Assembly (NCBI RefSeq): GCF_009914755.1
Contig: NC_060933.1
Strand: one strand, 5' to 3'
DNA from: the human T2T-CHM13v2.0 reference genome, Homo sapiens
Length of the DNA stretch: 64,000 bases
Each line of letters begins with the position of its first letter. Position 1 is the first letter of the stretch. Below are positions 1 through 17,492 of this stretch, piece by piece. The translations under genes and the position numbers were made by a program. The notes below the pieces were generated by a model. The model did no database searches, was not told where the DNA came from, and worked only from the letters and a program-made list of their open reading frames with translations.

Positions 1-400
<400 letters not shown>

Positions 401-438
401 TCACCTATAAGTAGTGCACTGTTGTCCTTGTCTTTAGG

Positions 439-751
<313 letters not shown>

Positions 752-2087
752 TGATTATGATGTATTTGGGCATGTATTTCTTTTGGGGCTGGGGCTTACT
801 GGTTCTCAAATCTGTAAGTTTTATGTTTTATGTCTTTCACCAAAGGTAGTAAATTTTTAGCTGTTATTTCTTTAAATATTTTTTTAGCCCCACACCCTTT
901 TTCCTTTCCTGATGAGATTCCTGTAACACAGATGTTAGGCTTTTTGGTATAGCACCTTAGGTCACAGAGGCTCCACTCAATTATATTTTTAATTTTTTTT
1001 CTTTCTATTGTTGAACAATTTCTATTGATCTATCTTCAAGTTCACTGATGCATTCATCTGTCATCTTTATTTGCTATTAAGCTCTTTCAGTGAGTTTTAA
1101 AATTTTGGCTATTGTATTTATTAGCCCCAAAATTTCTATTTGATTCTTCTTTCTATTTTCTATTTTTTTTTGCTGGGATTTTCTATCTTTCTGTTTGCTT
1201 TAAGAGTGTTTGCCATACTTCTTGGAGCACTTTTGCATTAGCTGCATTATAATCTCTCTCAGATACTTGCAATATGTGTGTAATCTTGATGTTTGTGTCT
1301 GTTAATCATGTTTTGTTACTTAAGTTGAGATTTTCCTGATTCTTTATATGCTTATTACTTTTGGATTATATCCTGGAAATTTTGAATAATATGATAATAT
1401 GTTATGAGACTCTAGGTCTTGTTTAAATCCTATGGATAATGTTGGTCTTCTTGCTTTAGTAGGCAATTCACTCATTTGGATACAGGCTGTAAGTTCTGAC
1501 CTTTCTTCTGTGGGTTATGGTTTCAATGTCAGTTCTGCTTTCAAAGGTTTTGAAGTGCTATTTGAATCTGTCTCATGTGTGCACCATCCATTGGTCAATC
1601 TGGGACCTGAGCAGTGGTCTATCCTATAGTTTAGTTCTCAAGTCTATGATATCCCACATGTGTAGTTTGAGAGTGAGTCAATGAGCTCATAAACAATGTC
1701 ATGTGGTCACTTTCCTGATCTCCTTCCTTTCTATGATCTTTGTGGTCCTTTCCAGTTCACTGGCCCTATTTTTGTCTTTTTAGGCAGAAAGCTGGAATTT
1801 TGTGATCATAGTTTGCCACAGAAGTCTCATAATTGCACCCGCATCTGGGGCTAAGCAGTAGGAGGAAATAGAAGAAAAAAATCAACTCCTGTTTGAGTTG
1901 ATCCATCCTCATGGGACCACAGCTTCTCTGAGGAGAGAAGAAAGTTTCCATTCCACAAAGTTTTAGGTACCTGTGGACCCTGCTGCTGCTGCTGTTGCTG
2001 CCATTAACGCCACTACTGCCACCAATGGAGGATTTCCTGGCGGCCAGGACATGATAGCGTGGAGATTGTAAAAGAAAAAAAAAAATA

Positions 2088-4868
2088 GGCGGGTGGAAAA
2101 AAATGGCGGACTACAAGCCTACATCCTTCCTACTACCCACAGGAACCCAAATTTTAAAAACTATCTGCACACAGAAAAGCACCATCATAAGAACCAAAAA
2201 TCAGGTGAGCAATCATAGTACCTGTCTTTAACTTCATATCATTGAAAGAGACATTGAGGAGGGCAGGAGAGAAAATCTTGAAATGCTGATGCCACGCCTC
2301 TCCCATCCCCTGGCAGCAGCCTTGTAGTGTGGAGAGTCTGTGCCATTGGAGGAGGGAGAGCAGTGACTGGGGGGCTTTACATTGAACTCAGTACTGTCTT
2401 GTCATAGCAGAGAGTAAAGCCGTGCTGCGCTCAGTCAGTGCCGGTGCACCGAGGGAGAACTTGGATCAGACCTAGCCAGAGGGGAACCACTCATCCCATT
2501 GGTTGGACCTAAAATTTCTTGGCACGCTTTGCCACTGGGGCCCAAAGTGCTCTGGGGTCATAGGTAAACTTGAAAGACAATCTAGGACACAAGAACTGCA
2601 AATCCTAGGCAACTCCTAGTGCTGGGTTGGGCTCAGAGCCACAGGACTAAAGTGGCACGTGACCTAGGAAGACACCAGTCAGGGCAGCTAAAGGAGCGCT
2701 TGCACTGTCCCTCCCCTAACACCAGGCAGTGCAGCTTGTAGCAATGACATTGTCTCCTTCCTTCTGCTTAAGGGGTGGAGAGTGAAGAATAAAGAGGACT
2801 TTGTCTTCCATCTTGGATAGCAGTTCAGCCATAGTAGGAGAGGGCACTGGGCAGAGCTATGAGGGCCCTGTTCCAGGCCCTAGCTCCTGGATTACATTTC
2901 TAGACACACCCTGGGCCAAAAGGGAACCTGTTGCCTTGAAGGAAGGAGCCAGTCCTAGCAGGATTTATTACCTCCTGACCAAAGAGCAACTGGGCCCTGA
3001 ATAACCAGCAGTGATACCCAGGTAGTACGCTGTGGGCCTTGGGCTCTAGATGTGCTGACTTCAGGTGTGACCCAGCACATTCCTAGCTCTAGTGGCTATG
3101 ATGAAAGACCCCTTTGGTTTGAGAAAAGCAGAGGGAAAAGTGAAGGGACTTTGTCTTACACCTTAGGTACCAGCCACAGTGAGGTAGAGCACCAAGTGGG
3201 TTCTTGGGGTCCCTGAATCCAGGCCTAGGCTCTTGGACAGCATTTCTGGACCTGCCCTGGAGCAGAGGGGAACCCACTTCCCTGAAGGGTGAGTCCCAGG
3301 CCTGGCAGCATTCACCGCAAGCTGACTGCAGAATCCTTGGGTTTTAAGTGAACATCGGCGGTGGCCTGGCAGAATGAAACTTGATGGTGGTGGCTACAGG
3401 GAGAGGCTCCTCTGCTATGGAAAAGAGGAGGGAGATTGGGAGGACTTTATATTATGGTTTAAGTGCCAGCTTGGCTGCAGTAGAATAGAACATCAGGCAA
3501 ATTTCTAAGGTTTTTGATTCCAATCAAATAATCAAATCAAAATGGATTAAAGGCTTATCAAAATGGATTAAAGAGTTAAACCTGAAACTGAAACTACTAA
3601 AAGAAAACACTGGGGAAACTCTCCAAGACATTGGTCTGGATAAAGATTTCATGAGAAATATTCCACAAGCACAGGCAACCAAAATAGAAATGGACAAATG
3701 AGATCCCAGCTTCTGCACAGTGAAGGAAACAATCAACAAAATGAAGAGACAACCCACAGAATGGGAGAATATATTTGCAAATTACTCATCTGACAGGGGG
3801 TTAATAGCCAGAATATATAAGAAGCTCAAACAACTCTATAGGAAAAAATCTAATACCCATTTAAAAAATGGGCAAAGGATCTCAATAGACATTTCTCAAA
3901 AGAGGACATACAAATGACAAATAGATACATGAAAAGGTGCTCAGCATCACTGATCATCAAAAAACGCAAATCAAGCCACAATGAGATATCATCTTATCTC
4001 TGTTAAGATGGCTTATAGCCAAAATACAGGCGATAACAAATGCTAGAGAGGATGTGGATAAAAGGGAACCCTCATACACTGTTGGTGGGAATGTAAACTA
4101 GTATAGTCACTGTGGAAAAGTTGGAGGTTCCTCAAAAAACTAAAAGTTGAGCTACGATATAATCCAGCAATCCCACTGCTGGGTGTATACCAGAAGTGTA
4201 TACCCAAAAGAAAGGAAATCAGTATATCAAAGATATATCTGCAATTCCATGTTTGTTGCAGCACTGTTCACAATAGCCAAGATTTGAAAGCAACCTAAGT
4301 TTCCATCAACAGATGAATGGATAAAGAAAATGTGGTACATATACACAATGGAGTACTATTCAGCCATTAAAAAGAATGAGATCCTGTCATTTGCAACCAC
4401 ATGGATGCAACTGGAGGTCGTTATGCTAAGTGAAATAAGCCAGGTATAGAAAGACAAACATTGCATGTTCTCACTTATTTGTGGGATCTAAAAACCAAAC
4501 AATTGAACATATGGAGATGGAGAGTAGAAGGATGGTGACCAGAGGCTGGGAAGGGTAGTGAGGGATTGGGGGCAAGTGGGGATGGCTAATGGATAGAAAA
4601 AGTACTTTGAAAGAATGAATGAATAATACCTAGTATTTTATAGCACAAGATGACTATCGTCGAAATAATTCAATTGCACATTTAAAAATAACGAAAAGAG
4701 TATAATTGGATTGTCTTTAACACAAAGGATAAATCCTTGAGGAAATGGATACCCCGTTTTCCATGATGTGATTATTATGCATTATATGCCTGTAGCAAAA
4801 TATCTGATGTACCCCATAAATATGTACACCTACTATGTGCCAACAAAAATAAAAATTAAAAAAAAAAA
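2088..4868 (+). mobile_element. L1 (L1MA1-3/L1PB-age) with 5'UTR joined directly to the 3' part of ORF2 and 3'UTR; ORF1 and most of ORF2 absent
   Basis: 5' end ...aaatggcgga; ORF 3720-3917 [21 protein letters not shown] is L1 ORF2p; 3' end cctactatgtgccaacaaaaat plus A-tail; junction at ~3525. Confidence 0.9.
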
Positions 4869-4971
4869 GGAAGAAGAAGAGGCGGCAACAATCCCCAGAC
4901 TGACCAAAGCCGGCATACCGCCTATGTCCCACCACCACCATGCCCAAGAGGAAGGCTGAAGGGGGTGCTAA

Positions 4972-5247
<276 letters not shown>

Positions 5248-5407
5248 TGACTGTACAGTTTGAAATACTATTTTTTAAAATCAAGTTTTATAAAAGCGCA
5301 GAATTTTGTTTTACTTTTTTTTTTCTTAAGCTATGTTGTTAGCACACAGAACACTTCCTTGTTGTTTTTGGGGGATGGGGCATGTGTCACTCATGGAATG
5401 TCTCTGA

Positions 5408-5833
<426 letters not shown>

Positions 5834-6045
5834 TGATGCCACTGAGATGGCACCCCTCAAAAGAGCAGGGGTTCCATTTCTAGACTGTGGATCTTCGGAT
5901 AAATTCTGCCGTTTTCATTTCACTTCCTGAAAGTCAGGATTGGCTTGTGAAAAGTTGTTAAACAACATGCTAAATGTGAAATGTCAGTCCTCACTCTAAA
6001 CCTCTAAAGTTTCTCTGTTCAGAGCATCAGATGAAGACTTCATTG

Positions 6046-6198
6046 TTTTTTTTTTTTTTTTGAGGGTCTCACTCTGTCACCCAGACTGGAGTGCAGTGGT
6101 GCGATCTCGACCTCTGCCTCCCAGGCTCGAGTGATCCTCCTGCCTCAGCCTCCTGGGTAGCTGGGATTACAGGTGCACACTACTACTGCCCCGCTAAT
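6046..6198 (-). mobile_element. Alu right monomer (AluJ-like) inside the HMGN2 pseudogene 3'UTR
   Basis: poly-T, ggctcgagtgatcctcctgcctcagcc (J-like), short TSD TTCATTG. Confidence 0.9.
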
Positions 6199-6671
6199 TC
6201 ATTGGGTTTTATAGTGGGTTTCCAACTTTTGGTAGTCCATGGAAGAAGGGAGTTTGAAAATTGTTGTATATTGTTAATGATTGTCTGCTCCCATCCTGCC
6301 TGAAATACCATGATTATTTATGAAAAGTATCTTTAATAAGGCTGGATACAGTTTGGCTTGGAAAAAAATTTTTTTAAAAAGAAAGTAAAATGGGAGCTTT
6401 TTCCCACTTTGTCTGAGTATTAGGAGTCTCCTGTACCATTCTTATCCAAAATTTGAAGGCTTCTCCTGGAGTTGTCTGTGTTTATTTCCTGGTACCTACT
6501 TCTGGGTTTTGGCTTGCCTTGTGTCAAGGCTGAGTGATACTCGTGGAAAAACAGGAACTCATCTACCCGTCCTCCCACTGGTCTACTATTTACTTTTCTG
6601 ATTCCTCAAATAGCTTCTCCAGGCATTATTTCCAGGTTTTATATTTTTATCGAGTGGGTGAGACAGAGTAG

Positions 6672-6998
<327 letters not shown>

Positions 6999-8144
6999 TG
7001 GAACTGGCAGTCTTATATGTAACTCTTTAGTTTTGTCTTTGAGGTTCCAAGGTAGGTAATTTACGATCACAGCAGTCTTTGTGGTAAACATATGAATACT
7101 TGTGACCTATTGGTTTTATTCCAATGGTAATGGTAGCTGGGCTGTTACAGAAGAAACTCAGGAAGGAGGCAACACTTACCCTTCCCCACCAGCATTTGCA
7201 CTCTTACAATTTACCTGCCAATGATGCCTTCTGTGAGCAGTGTTGTGAATCTTGGGTTACTGATCCCAAACAAAATTGGGAAGTTGGTTAAATGCACCAT
7301 GGAGAACACACCCTTTTCCTTCCACAGGCTTTGCCAACCTCATGACACTTTATGCACTTCCTCATGCAGAAGGATTCCTGCATCCCTTTATTCCTGGAAT
7401 GGGTATATTGGGTCTAATCATATGTATCAACTATGATTAGAGTGCTGTGTTGAGGTGATTGTTTTGTCTAAGCTCAGAGGGAAATTGGGCTGGGTTCCAT
7501 TAGTGATGTCTGTTATGGTCTAGATAAAAATCAATGGCAGCAGCATGCTATTGTGTTATTTGTCAATGTTCCTCTTCTTATGTCAGAATTGTATACAAAA
7601 AGATTTGCTATTGTCTGGTGCAGTTTTTGTGTGAATTTAAGGTAACTGGCCTCCCTTACCTCATATCCCTTCTACTATCATTCTCTCTAATTGTGAACTA
7701 AAGGCTTGATCATCTGTTAAAGTAATTTCTGGGATCAGTGAGCAGATGTAGGAAGCTTTTGGGGAGAGGTAAGTGGTGGGTGTGAGTAGGCAGACTTTCC
7801 TTGAATCCTCTCATACTGTCTTGTACATCTAGTAAGGCCAATCATATCCATCTGGGTATAATAAAATAACATGGGAACTTTTCCTGATTGGAAGAGGGGA
7901 TGGACAGCCTTAAAGGGCTGGCCAGGCAAATTACATGATGTCGGTTTTTAGGTAGAGTTTCTTTGCAGGGTCAGTTGTTGCTGTTTTTTCTTTCCTACAA
8001 AAGTCACTCCACTGAAAAGGACCCACTACTTGCAGTACAACCCCAAGAGCACTTGGCCTCCATGCAGGCAGGAAAGAGCATCTGATTAGGAAGAGCCTAG
8101 CTGACCTGGACATATGTGAGCTAGCTTGGAAGAGCAATGAGGGC

Positions 8145-8375
8145 TGTGGGTTTTGGAATAACATCCACTTGGCTTTGAATTGTGAACTTAGCAATTTACT
8201 CATTGTAATACTGAGGGTAAATTGGTATTCTTTTGAGCCTGTTTCCTCATCTGTAAAATAGAATAATAATGTTTACCCATTTCCCTCTCTGTAGGGTAAC
8301 TGTGGAAGCTGACAGACATAAGCCGAAGAAGAAAATGATTGGCATCACTGTAGGTCCTCAGCAAATGTTAGTTCT
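8145..8375 (+). mobile_element. MIR SINE
   Basis: MIR core gagcctgtttcctcatctgtaaaatagaataataat. Confidence 0.8.
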
Positions 8376-9176
8376 TTAATATTCTTAGATTGTGTTGTGG
8401 GTGGCAGGCAATCACTGCTCAACTTGGCTCTTCTGTCTAGGGTGGGTGGAAGCAGGATAAAATCATGGGAGGTCACATTGAGTTGAAAGTCTTGACCTTT
8501 CTTGGATGGGTAAAGGAGCCATCATGTTTTTCATGCTGAAAATAAATTAGTCCCTCAAGTCAAACGTTACCAGAGCTAATAATGAGCTACCTTTTTATAG
8601 CAACTGCCATGATATTCAGAACAATTTTTAATTGTGAGTCTCTTTCTTTAAAATAAAAAGTTCACATGAGCAAATGCTAATATTTTAAGAAAATTCTTGG
8701 AGGGACTTTAATTGACACATGTAAATGCTGTAGTTCAATTTGCATTTAAATAGACATTCTAAACATTTTCTTTTAAATGGGCTTTATTTCTCTCTTGTAA
8801 AACTAAAAATTGATTTTTTCTTTTTAGCAAAATGGGTGCCTGGTAAGGTTCATGGTTAAGAGATGTGGTGCAGCTGTTCTTTTATCTCCTACTCAGAGTG
8901 GAAATAGCCTTACCAGAGCAAGGCACAGTGAACAATAGAAGTAATATTTTTAAAAAATGTGCCTCTGCAAAGGATTGATCAGTGGCTTAACAAAGATTGA
9001 CATCAGCGTGACATTCTCTGCAACAATGCACAAGGCTGCACAGAAAAATCTTCCCTATTTACAAGCACAGTCAACCTTTCATCTCTGATTTCCCCTGAAG
9101 ACCGCAGTGACCCTCTTAAAATATACTGCAGGGGTAAGCTTTTTTTTCTCCCTTTCCTTCTTCTATATTGGAATAG

Positions 9177-9585
<409 letters not shown>

Positions 9586-9689
9586 TAATTCTTGAAGAGG
9601 TGTTTGGTACATTTTCCCAGGTTCCTGAGAAGGAGAATCACAGGATGGAGCTTAGAATTTATTGAGGTCCCTTATTTAAGTCTCACTTT

Positions 9690-10085
9690 AGGTGTATGGC
9701 AGGAAAGACTAGGGACTCACCCGAGTCCTTGTTCTCCTCTTCATTCTGGGCTAGACTATGTGCCCTTCGTACAGTTAGGTTTGGTCACATGCCTGAGTTT
9801 TATTCAAAATTGATACATACTACTTCCAGCTTGGTTCATAAAAACCTCCCACATGTACCTTGCTTTTTTCTCCTAATGGCTGGTTGGAATGATGCGATTC
9901 CCAGGGCAACCTTGGAAGCCACTTGTTGAGGATGTTATGACTCTATGAGCTTGAGTTCCCTGAATGACTATTCTGCCAAGTTATTCACTTGCTCAGTACT
10001 GTTTCCATGAGCAAGAAATAAACTTCTATTGAATCTGGGCCATTATACATTTTTTTTTCATTTGCTATAGCAGGTAGCCTATCCT
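9690..10085 (+). mobile_element. MLT1 (old MaLR, J/K-like) solo LTR
   Basis: gttaggtttggtcacatg...aataaacttctattg...tttgctatagcag layout typical of MLT1 LTRs. Confidence 0.65.
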
Positions 10086-10901
10086 TATAAAATAAATAAT
10101 AAAACCTCCCTTATAATAATATTTTGGTATACTATGTATTTTAACAGTGCTATGAGTTCTGCTGACATAGGACCAGCACTCCTTTAAGTGCTTGGTATAA
10201 CACTTAATCCTCATACATCCCCTTCTCTGGGAATCTGAGGCCTAGGTTATTGTGCAGTGATTCTAAAGTAGATTTTACTCAGAATGTCTGGTATTCTCAT
10301 CCTTCTAGATTACTTCAAGGACCTTTCTTTTCTTGAAAACAGTCACAATATATTCAACCATTCATTCATTTGACCATTTGATGAATAAATCATCCATTCA
10401 TTTGATGATCTGTTCTCAAAAATGTTCCAGACATGAAAGGCAGTTTACAAGATGAATAAAATACAACAAAATGGCCTATGAAAACCGGAGTGAAATAAGA
10501 AAGGAAAACAAGAATAGAATCAACAAAATGGAGCCAAGAATATAGCTAACACACAGAAGAGTTTATCTTGTTTACCCCTGCTCTCTCTGACATCTTCTTT
10601 CTGAAGCTGCTCCGGCTGCTGCTTCTCACCTCTTCTCCATAAATCCTAATTTCTTGGAAGATCATTTTTTTAAACATTTCCTGATGGTCCTGATTTGTCA
10701 TCTGCTCCTATGGGATGCTTGGTGGCTTCTCATCATTTTAAACTTCATTACCTTTGGGTAATTTGGTCTGGGGAAATTTAACCCTATAAGTCTTTTTTCT
10801 TATCACTCATAAGACTTTTTTTTTTTTTTAAATATACTACACTTATTTGCCATTTACAGTGATTCTTTTTTTCCCATTTACCTGCCCCTTTTTGGTTATA
10901 G

Positions 10902-12185
<1,284 letters not shown>

Positions 12186-12364
12186 ACATGTTCCCCCGCA
12201 CCTGCCGCAATCCCTTTATTTACCTAAACTGGAAACCTCCACTTGGGCAGAAAGAATGGGGGAATGGGGCCTCTTCTTATGACTGTTTCAGGCACTATCT
12301 TGTGCTGATATTCGGGCCTCAGGTAGTGATTCTGACCTTTGTACAGTGATTACCTATACATGTT

Positions 12365-14190
12365 ATTTTAAATAAACGTTTATTTTAGGTTCGGGGGTAC
12401 ATATGAAGGTTTGTTACATAGGTAAATGTGTCACAGCGGTTTGTTGTATATACTATTTCATCACCCCGGTGTTAAGCCAAGTACCCAATAGTTATCTTTT
12501 CTGCTCCTCTTCTACCTTCCCACCCTCCCCCATCAAGTAGACCCCAGTGTCTGTTGTTTCCTTCTTTGTGTGCATGTGTTCTTATCATTTAGCTCCCACT
12601 TATAAGTGAGAATATGCAGTATTTGGTTTTCTGTTCCTGCATTAGTTTGCAAAGGATGGTAGCCTCCAGCTCCATCCATGTTTCCACAAAAGACATGATC
12701 TTGTTGTTTTTTACTGATGCATAATATTCCATGATGTATATGTACCATATTTTCTTTATCCAATCTGTCATTGATGGGCATTTAGGTTGATTCCATGTCT
12801 TTGCTTTTGTTAATAGTGCCGCAATGAACATTTGCATGCATGTCCCTTTATGGTAGAATGCTTTATATTCCAGGGGATACACCCAGTAATAGGATTGCTG
12901 GATCAGCTGCTTTTAGCTCTTTGAGGAATCACCATACTGCTTTCCACAATGGTTGAACTAATTTACACTCCCACCAACAGTGTATAAGCGTTCCCTTTTC
13001 TCTGGAACCTTTCCAGCATCTGTTATTTTTGGCTTTTTAATAGCCATTCTGACTGGTGTGAGATGATATCTCATTGTTTTGATTTGCATTTCTCTAATAA
13101 TTAGTGATATTGAGCTTTTTTCATATCCTTGTTGGCTGCATGCATGTCTTCTTTTGAGAAGTGTCTGTTCATGTCCTTTGCCCACTTTTTAATGGGATTG
13201 TTTTTCTCTTGTAAATTTATTTAAGTTCCTTATAGATGCTGGGTATTAGACCTTCATCAGATGCATAGTTTGCATATATTTTCTTCCACTCTTTAGGTTG
13301 TCTGTTTACTTTGTTGTTAGTTTCTTTTGCTGTGCAGAAGCTCTTAAGTTTAATGAGATCCCACTTGAATAGAGAGCCTTTTCCCCATTGCTTGTTTTTG
13401 TCAGCTTTGTCGAAGATCAGATGGTTGTAGATGTGAGGCTTATTTCTGGGCTCTCTATTCTGTTCCATTAGTCTATGTGCCTGTTTTTGTACTAGTAACA
13501 TGCTGTTTTGGTTACCGTAGCCTAGTAGCATAGTTTGAAGTCGGGTAATGTGATGCCTCCAGCTTTGTTCTTTTTGCTTAGGATTGCTTTGGCTATTTGG
13601 GCTCTTTTTTGGTTCCATATAAGTTTTAAAATAGCCTTTCTTTAAAATAGTTCTGTGAAGAATGGACTTGTTTGATAGGAAAGTACTGAATCTATAAATT
13701 GCTTTGGGCAGTATAGCCATTTTAATAATACTGATTCTTCATATCCATGAGCATGGGATTTTTCATTTTTTGTGTCTTCTCTGATTTCTTTGGTCAGTGT
13801 TTTGTAATTCTCATGGTAGAGCTCTTTCACCTCTATGGTTAGCTGTATTCCTAGGTTTATTTTTGTTTGTTTGTTTTGCAGGCGTGTGTGTATGTGGCAA
13901 TTGTGAATGGGATTGCCTTCCTGATTTGGCTCTTGGTTTGGCTTGTTGGTGTACAGGAATGCCAGTGATTTTTATACATTGATTTTATATCCTGCAACTT
14001 TGCTGAAGTTGTTTATCAGCTGAAGGAGCTTTTGGGCAGAGACTATGGGGGTTTTCTAGGTATAGAATCATGTTGTCTGTGAACAGAGATAGTTTGACGT
14101 CCTCTCTTCCTATTTGGATGCATTTTATTACTTTCTCTTGCCTGATTGCTCTAGCTAGGACTTGAATAGAAGTGATGAGGGAGGCCATCA
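12365..14190 (-). mobile_element. L1PA13-16-like, 5'-truncated, with an internal deletion near 13365
   Basis: ORF2p fragments [29 protein letters not shown]; typical 3' end; short TSD CATGTTAT. Confidence 0.92.
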
Positions 14191-15340
14191 TGTTATAAAT
14201 GTTTTCTCCCTGTTTCTCATTTGTCCTAAAAACTTGGTTTATGTCTTTTGTGGTTAAGTTTTTCTGTTTTTGGAAGCAAGTCTACCAATCTTTCATTTTT
14301 TTCACATTTGGCTTAAGAAAATCTTCCTTGCCACAAGCTTACAAATATATTCTCCTAGTTTCCTTCTGCATAAAAATGCATGCATGAGGCTAACAATCAT
14401 CTGAGCCTTTAGTGGACTGTAATCTTTTTGCTGGTGGAGGATCTTGCCTCAGTGTTGATGGCTGCTGACAGATCAGGGTAGTGGTTGCTGAAGGTTGGGG
14501 TGGCTGTGGCAACTTCTTAAAATAACAATGAAGTTTGCTGCATCAGTCTGCTCTTCCTTTCAAGAAAGATTTCTCTAGCATGCAATTCTCTTTGATAACA
14601 TTTCACTCACAGTAGAAATTCTTTCAAAATTGGAGTCAATCCTCTCAAACCCTGCTGCTGCTTTATCAACTAAGTTTATGTAATATTCTAAATTATTTGT
14701 TGTCATTTCAACAATGTTCACAGCACCTTCATCATTCCACCTCAAGAAAGTACTTTCTTTGCTCATCCAAAGAAGTGAGTCTTCATCCTTTCAAGTTTTA
14801 TCGTAAGGTTTCAGCAATTTAGTTACATCTTCAGGCTTCTCTTCTAATTCTAGTTCTCTTGCTATTTTTACTACATATGCAGTTCCTTCCTACACTGAGG
14901 CCTTGAATCCCTCAAGGTCATCCATAAGAGTTGGAATGAACTTTCTCCAAACTCCTGTTAATATTCATATTTTGACCTCCTCCCATGAATCACGAATGTT
15001 CTTAATGGCATTGAGAATGGTGAATCGTTTCCAGAAAGTTTTCAATTTACTTTGCTCAGATCCATCAGAGGAATCACTATCTAAGTCCACTAGAGCCTTA
15101 TGAAATATATTTCTTAAATAATAAGACTTGAAAGTAAAAATCACTCCTTGATCCATGGGCTACAGAGTAGATGTGGTATTAGCAGGCATGACAACATTAA
15201 TCTCCTTATACATCTGTATCAGAGCTCTTGGGTGACCAGGTACATTGCCAATAAGCCGAAATATTTTGAAAATAATCTTTTTTTTTTTTTTCTGAGGAGC
15301 AGGTCCCAACAGTGGACTTAAAATATTTAGTAAACCGTGA

Positions 15341-15730
<390 letters not shown>

Positions 15731-16911
15731 TAGCATAATTCTTAAGGGTCCTAGGATTTTGGGATGGTAAATGAGCATTGGATTCAACTTAAAGTCACTG
15801 GTGGCATGATTCTCTAACAAGAGGGTCAGCCTGTCCTTTGAAGCTTTGAAGCCAGTCCTTGACTTCCCCTCTCTAGTTATGAAAGTCCTAGATTGCATCT
15901 TCCAATAGAAGACTTTTGTCTACTTTGAAAATCTGTTGTTTAGTGTAGCCACCTTCATCAGTGATCCTAGCTAGATCTTCTGGATAACTTGCTGCAGCTT
16001 CTCCATCAGCAGTTGCTGCCTCACCTTGCACTTTTTTTGTTTTTTACACCCACTCCCCACCTTGACTTTTATGTTATGGAAATGGCTTCTTTCCTTAAAC
16101 CTCATGAACCCAACATCTGCTGAATTCCTACTTTTCTACTGCAGCTTCCTCACCTTTCTCAGCATTCATATTATTGAAGAGAGTTAGGGCGTTTCTCTGC
16201 ATTAGGCTTTGGCTTAAGGAAATAGTGTGGCTGGTTTGATTTTCTACAGAAATCACTACAGCTTTCTCCATATCAGAAATAAGGCTGTTTTGCTTTCCTA
16301 TCATTTGTGTGCTATCACTGAAACAGCACTTTTAATTTCCTTCAATAACTTTTCTTTTGCATTCACAACTTGGGCAACTGTTTGGTACAAGAGACCTAGC
16401 TTTCAATTTCTTTTGGTTTTTGACATGCTAACCTCAGTCAGCTTAATCATTTTTAGCTTTTGATTTCAAGTGAGAGACGTGCAACTCTTCCTTTCACTTG
16501 AACTTAGAGACAATTGCAGGACTACAAATTGGCCTATTTCAATATTATTGTGTCTCGGGGAAAGGGAGGCTCAAGGAGAGAGGGAGAGAGATGAGAAGAT
16601 GGCTGGTTGGTGGAGCAGTCTGAACAGACAGTTTGTAGTCTTATGTGGGTGTCATTTATGGTGCCCCAAACCAATTACAATAGTAACACCAAAGATCATG
16701 GACCACAGATCACTATAACAGATATAATAATAAAAAACTTTGAAATATTGTGAGAATTACCAAAATGTGACACAGAGACATGAAGGGAGCACATGCTGTT
16801 GGAAAAATGGCACCAACAGATTTGTTTAATGAAGGGTTGTTACAAATCTTTATAAAAAAAAATGCAGTATCTGCAAAGTGCAATAAAGTGAAACACAATA
16901 AAATGAGGTAT

Positions 16912-17142
16912 GGGGTGGGTACAGGAGGATCACTTGATCCTAGGAGTTTGAGAGCAATCTCGGCAACATAGTCAGACCCCGTCTCTACAAAAAAATAAAA
17001 AAATTAGCAGGGCACAGTGGCACACACCTGTGGTCCCAGCTACTCAGGAGGAGGATTGCTTGAACCTGGGAAGTTGAGGCTGCACTGAGCCATGATTGCA
17101 ACACTGCACACCAGCCTGGGTAACAGAGTGAGAAACTGTCTC

Positions 17143-17171
<29 letters not shown>
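16912..17171 (+). mobile_element. AluJ-like, 5'-truncated, inserted in the Tigger1 TIR
   Basis: ggaggatcacttga / ggaggattgcttga J-type arms; long A-tail; GAGGTAT duplicated either side. Confidence 0.92.
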
Positions 17172-17175
<4 letters not shown>

Positions 17176-17265
17176 TATACCTGTATATATGTTTATAATA
17201 CTGACATCTTTAATACAATTGATAAAATAACTTATCTTTATGTTTGATATTAGATAACAGCCTAA

Positions 17266-17492
17266 TTTTTCTTCTTTTTATTTATTTATTTATTTATTTT
17301 TTGAGACAGAGTCTCGCTCTGGAGTGCAGTGGCGTGAGCCCAGCTCACTGCAACCTCTGCCTCCCAGGTTTAAGCCATTCTGCTGTCTCAGCCTCTTGAG
17401 TAGCTGGGACTATAGGCACGCATCACCATGCCTGGCTAATTTTTTTGTGTATTTTTTGTAGAGATGGGGTTTCAACACGTTGCCCAGGCTGG
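17266..17492 (-). mobile_element. Partial Alu
   Basis: (TTTA)n tail, right arm and part of left arm. Confidence 0.92.

Noticed and set aside
1980-2003. (CTG)n tract, and (CAG)n at 19121-19139, as expansion-type or polyQ loci
   Set aside because: Only 4-7 interrupted units, with no coding context
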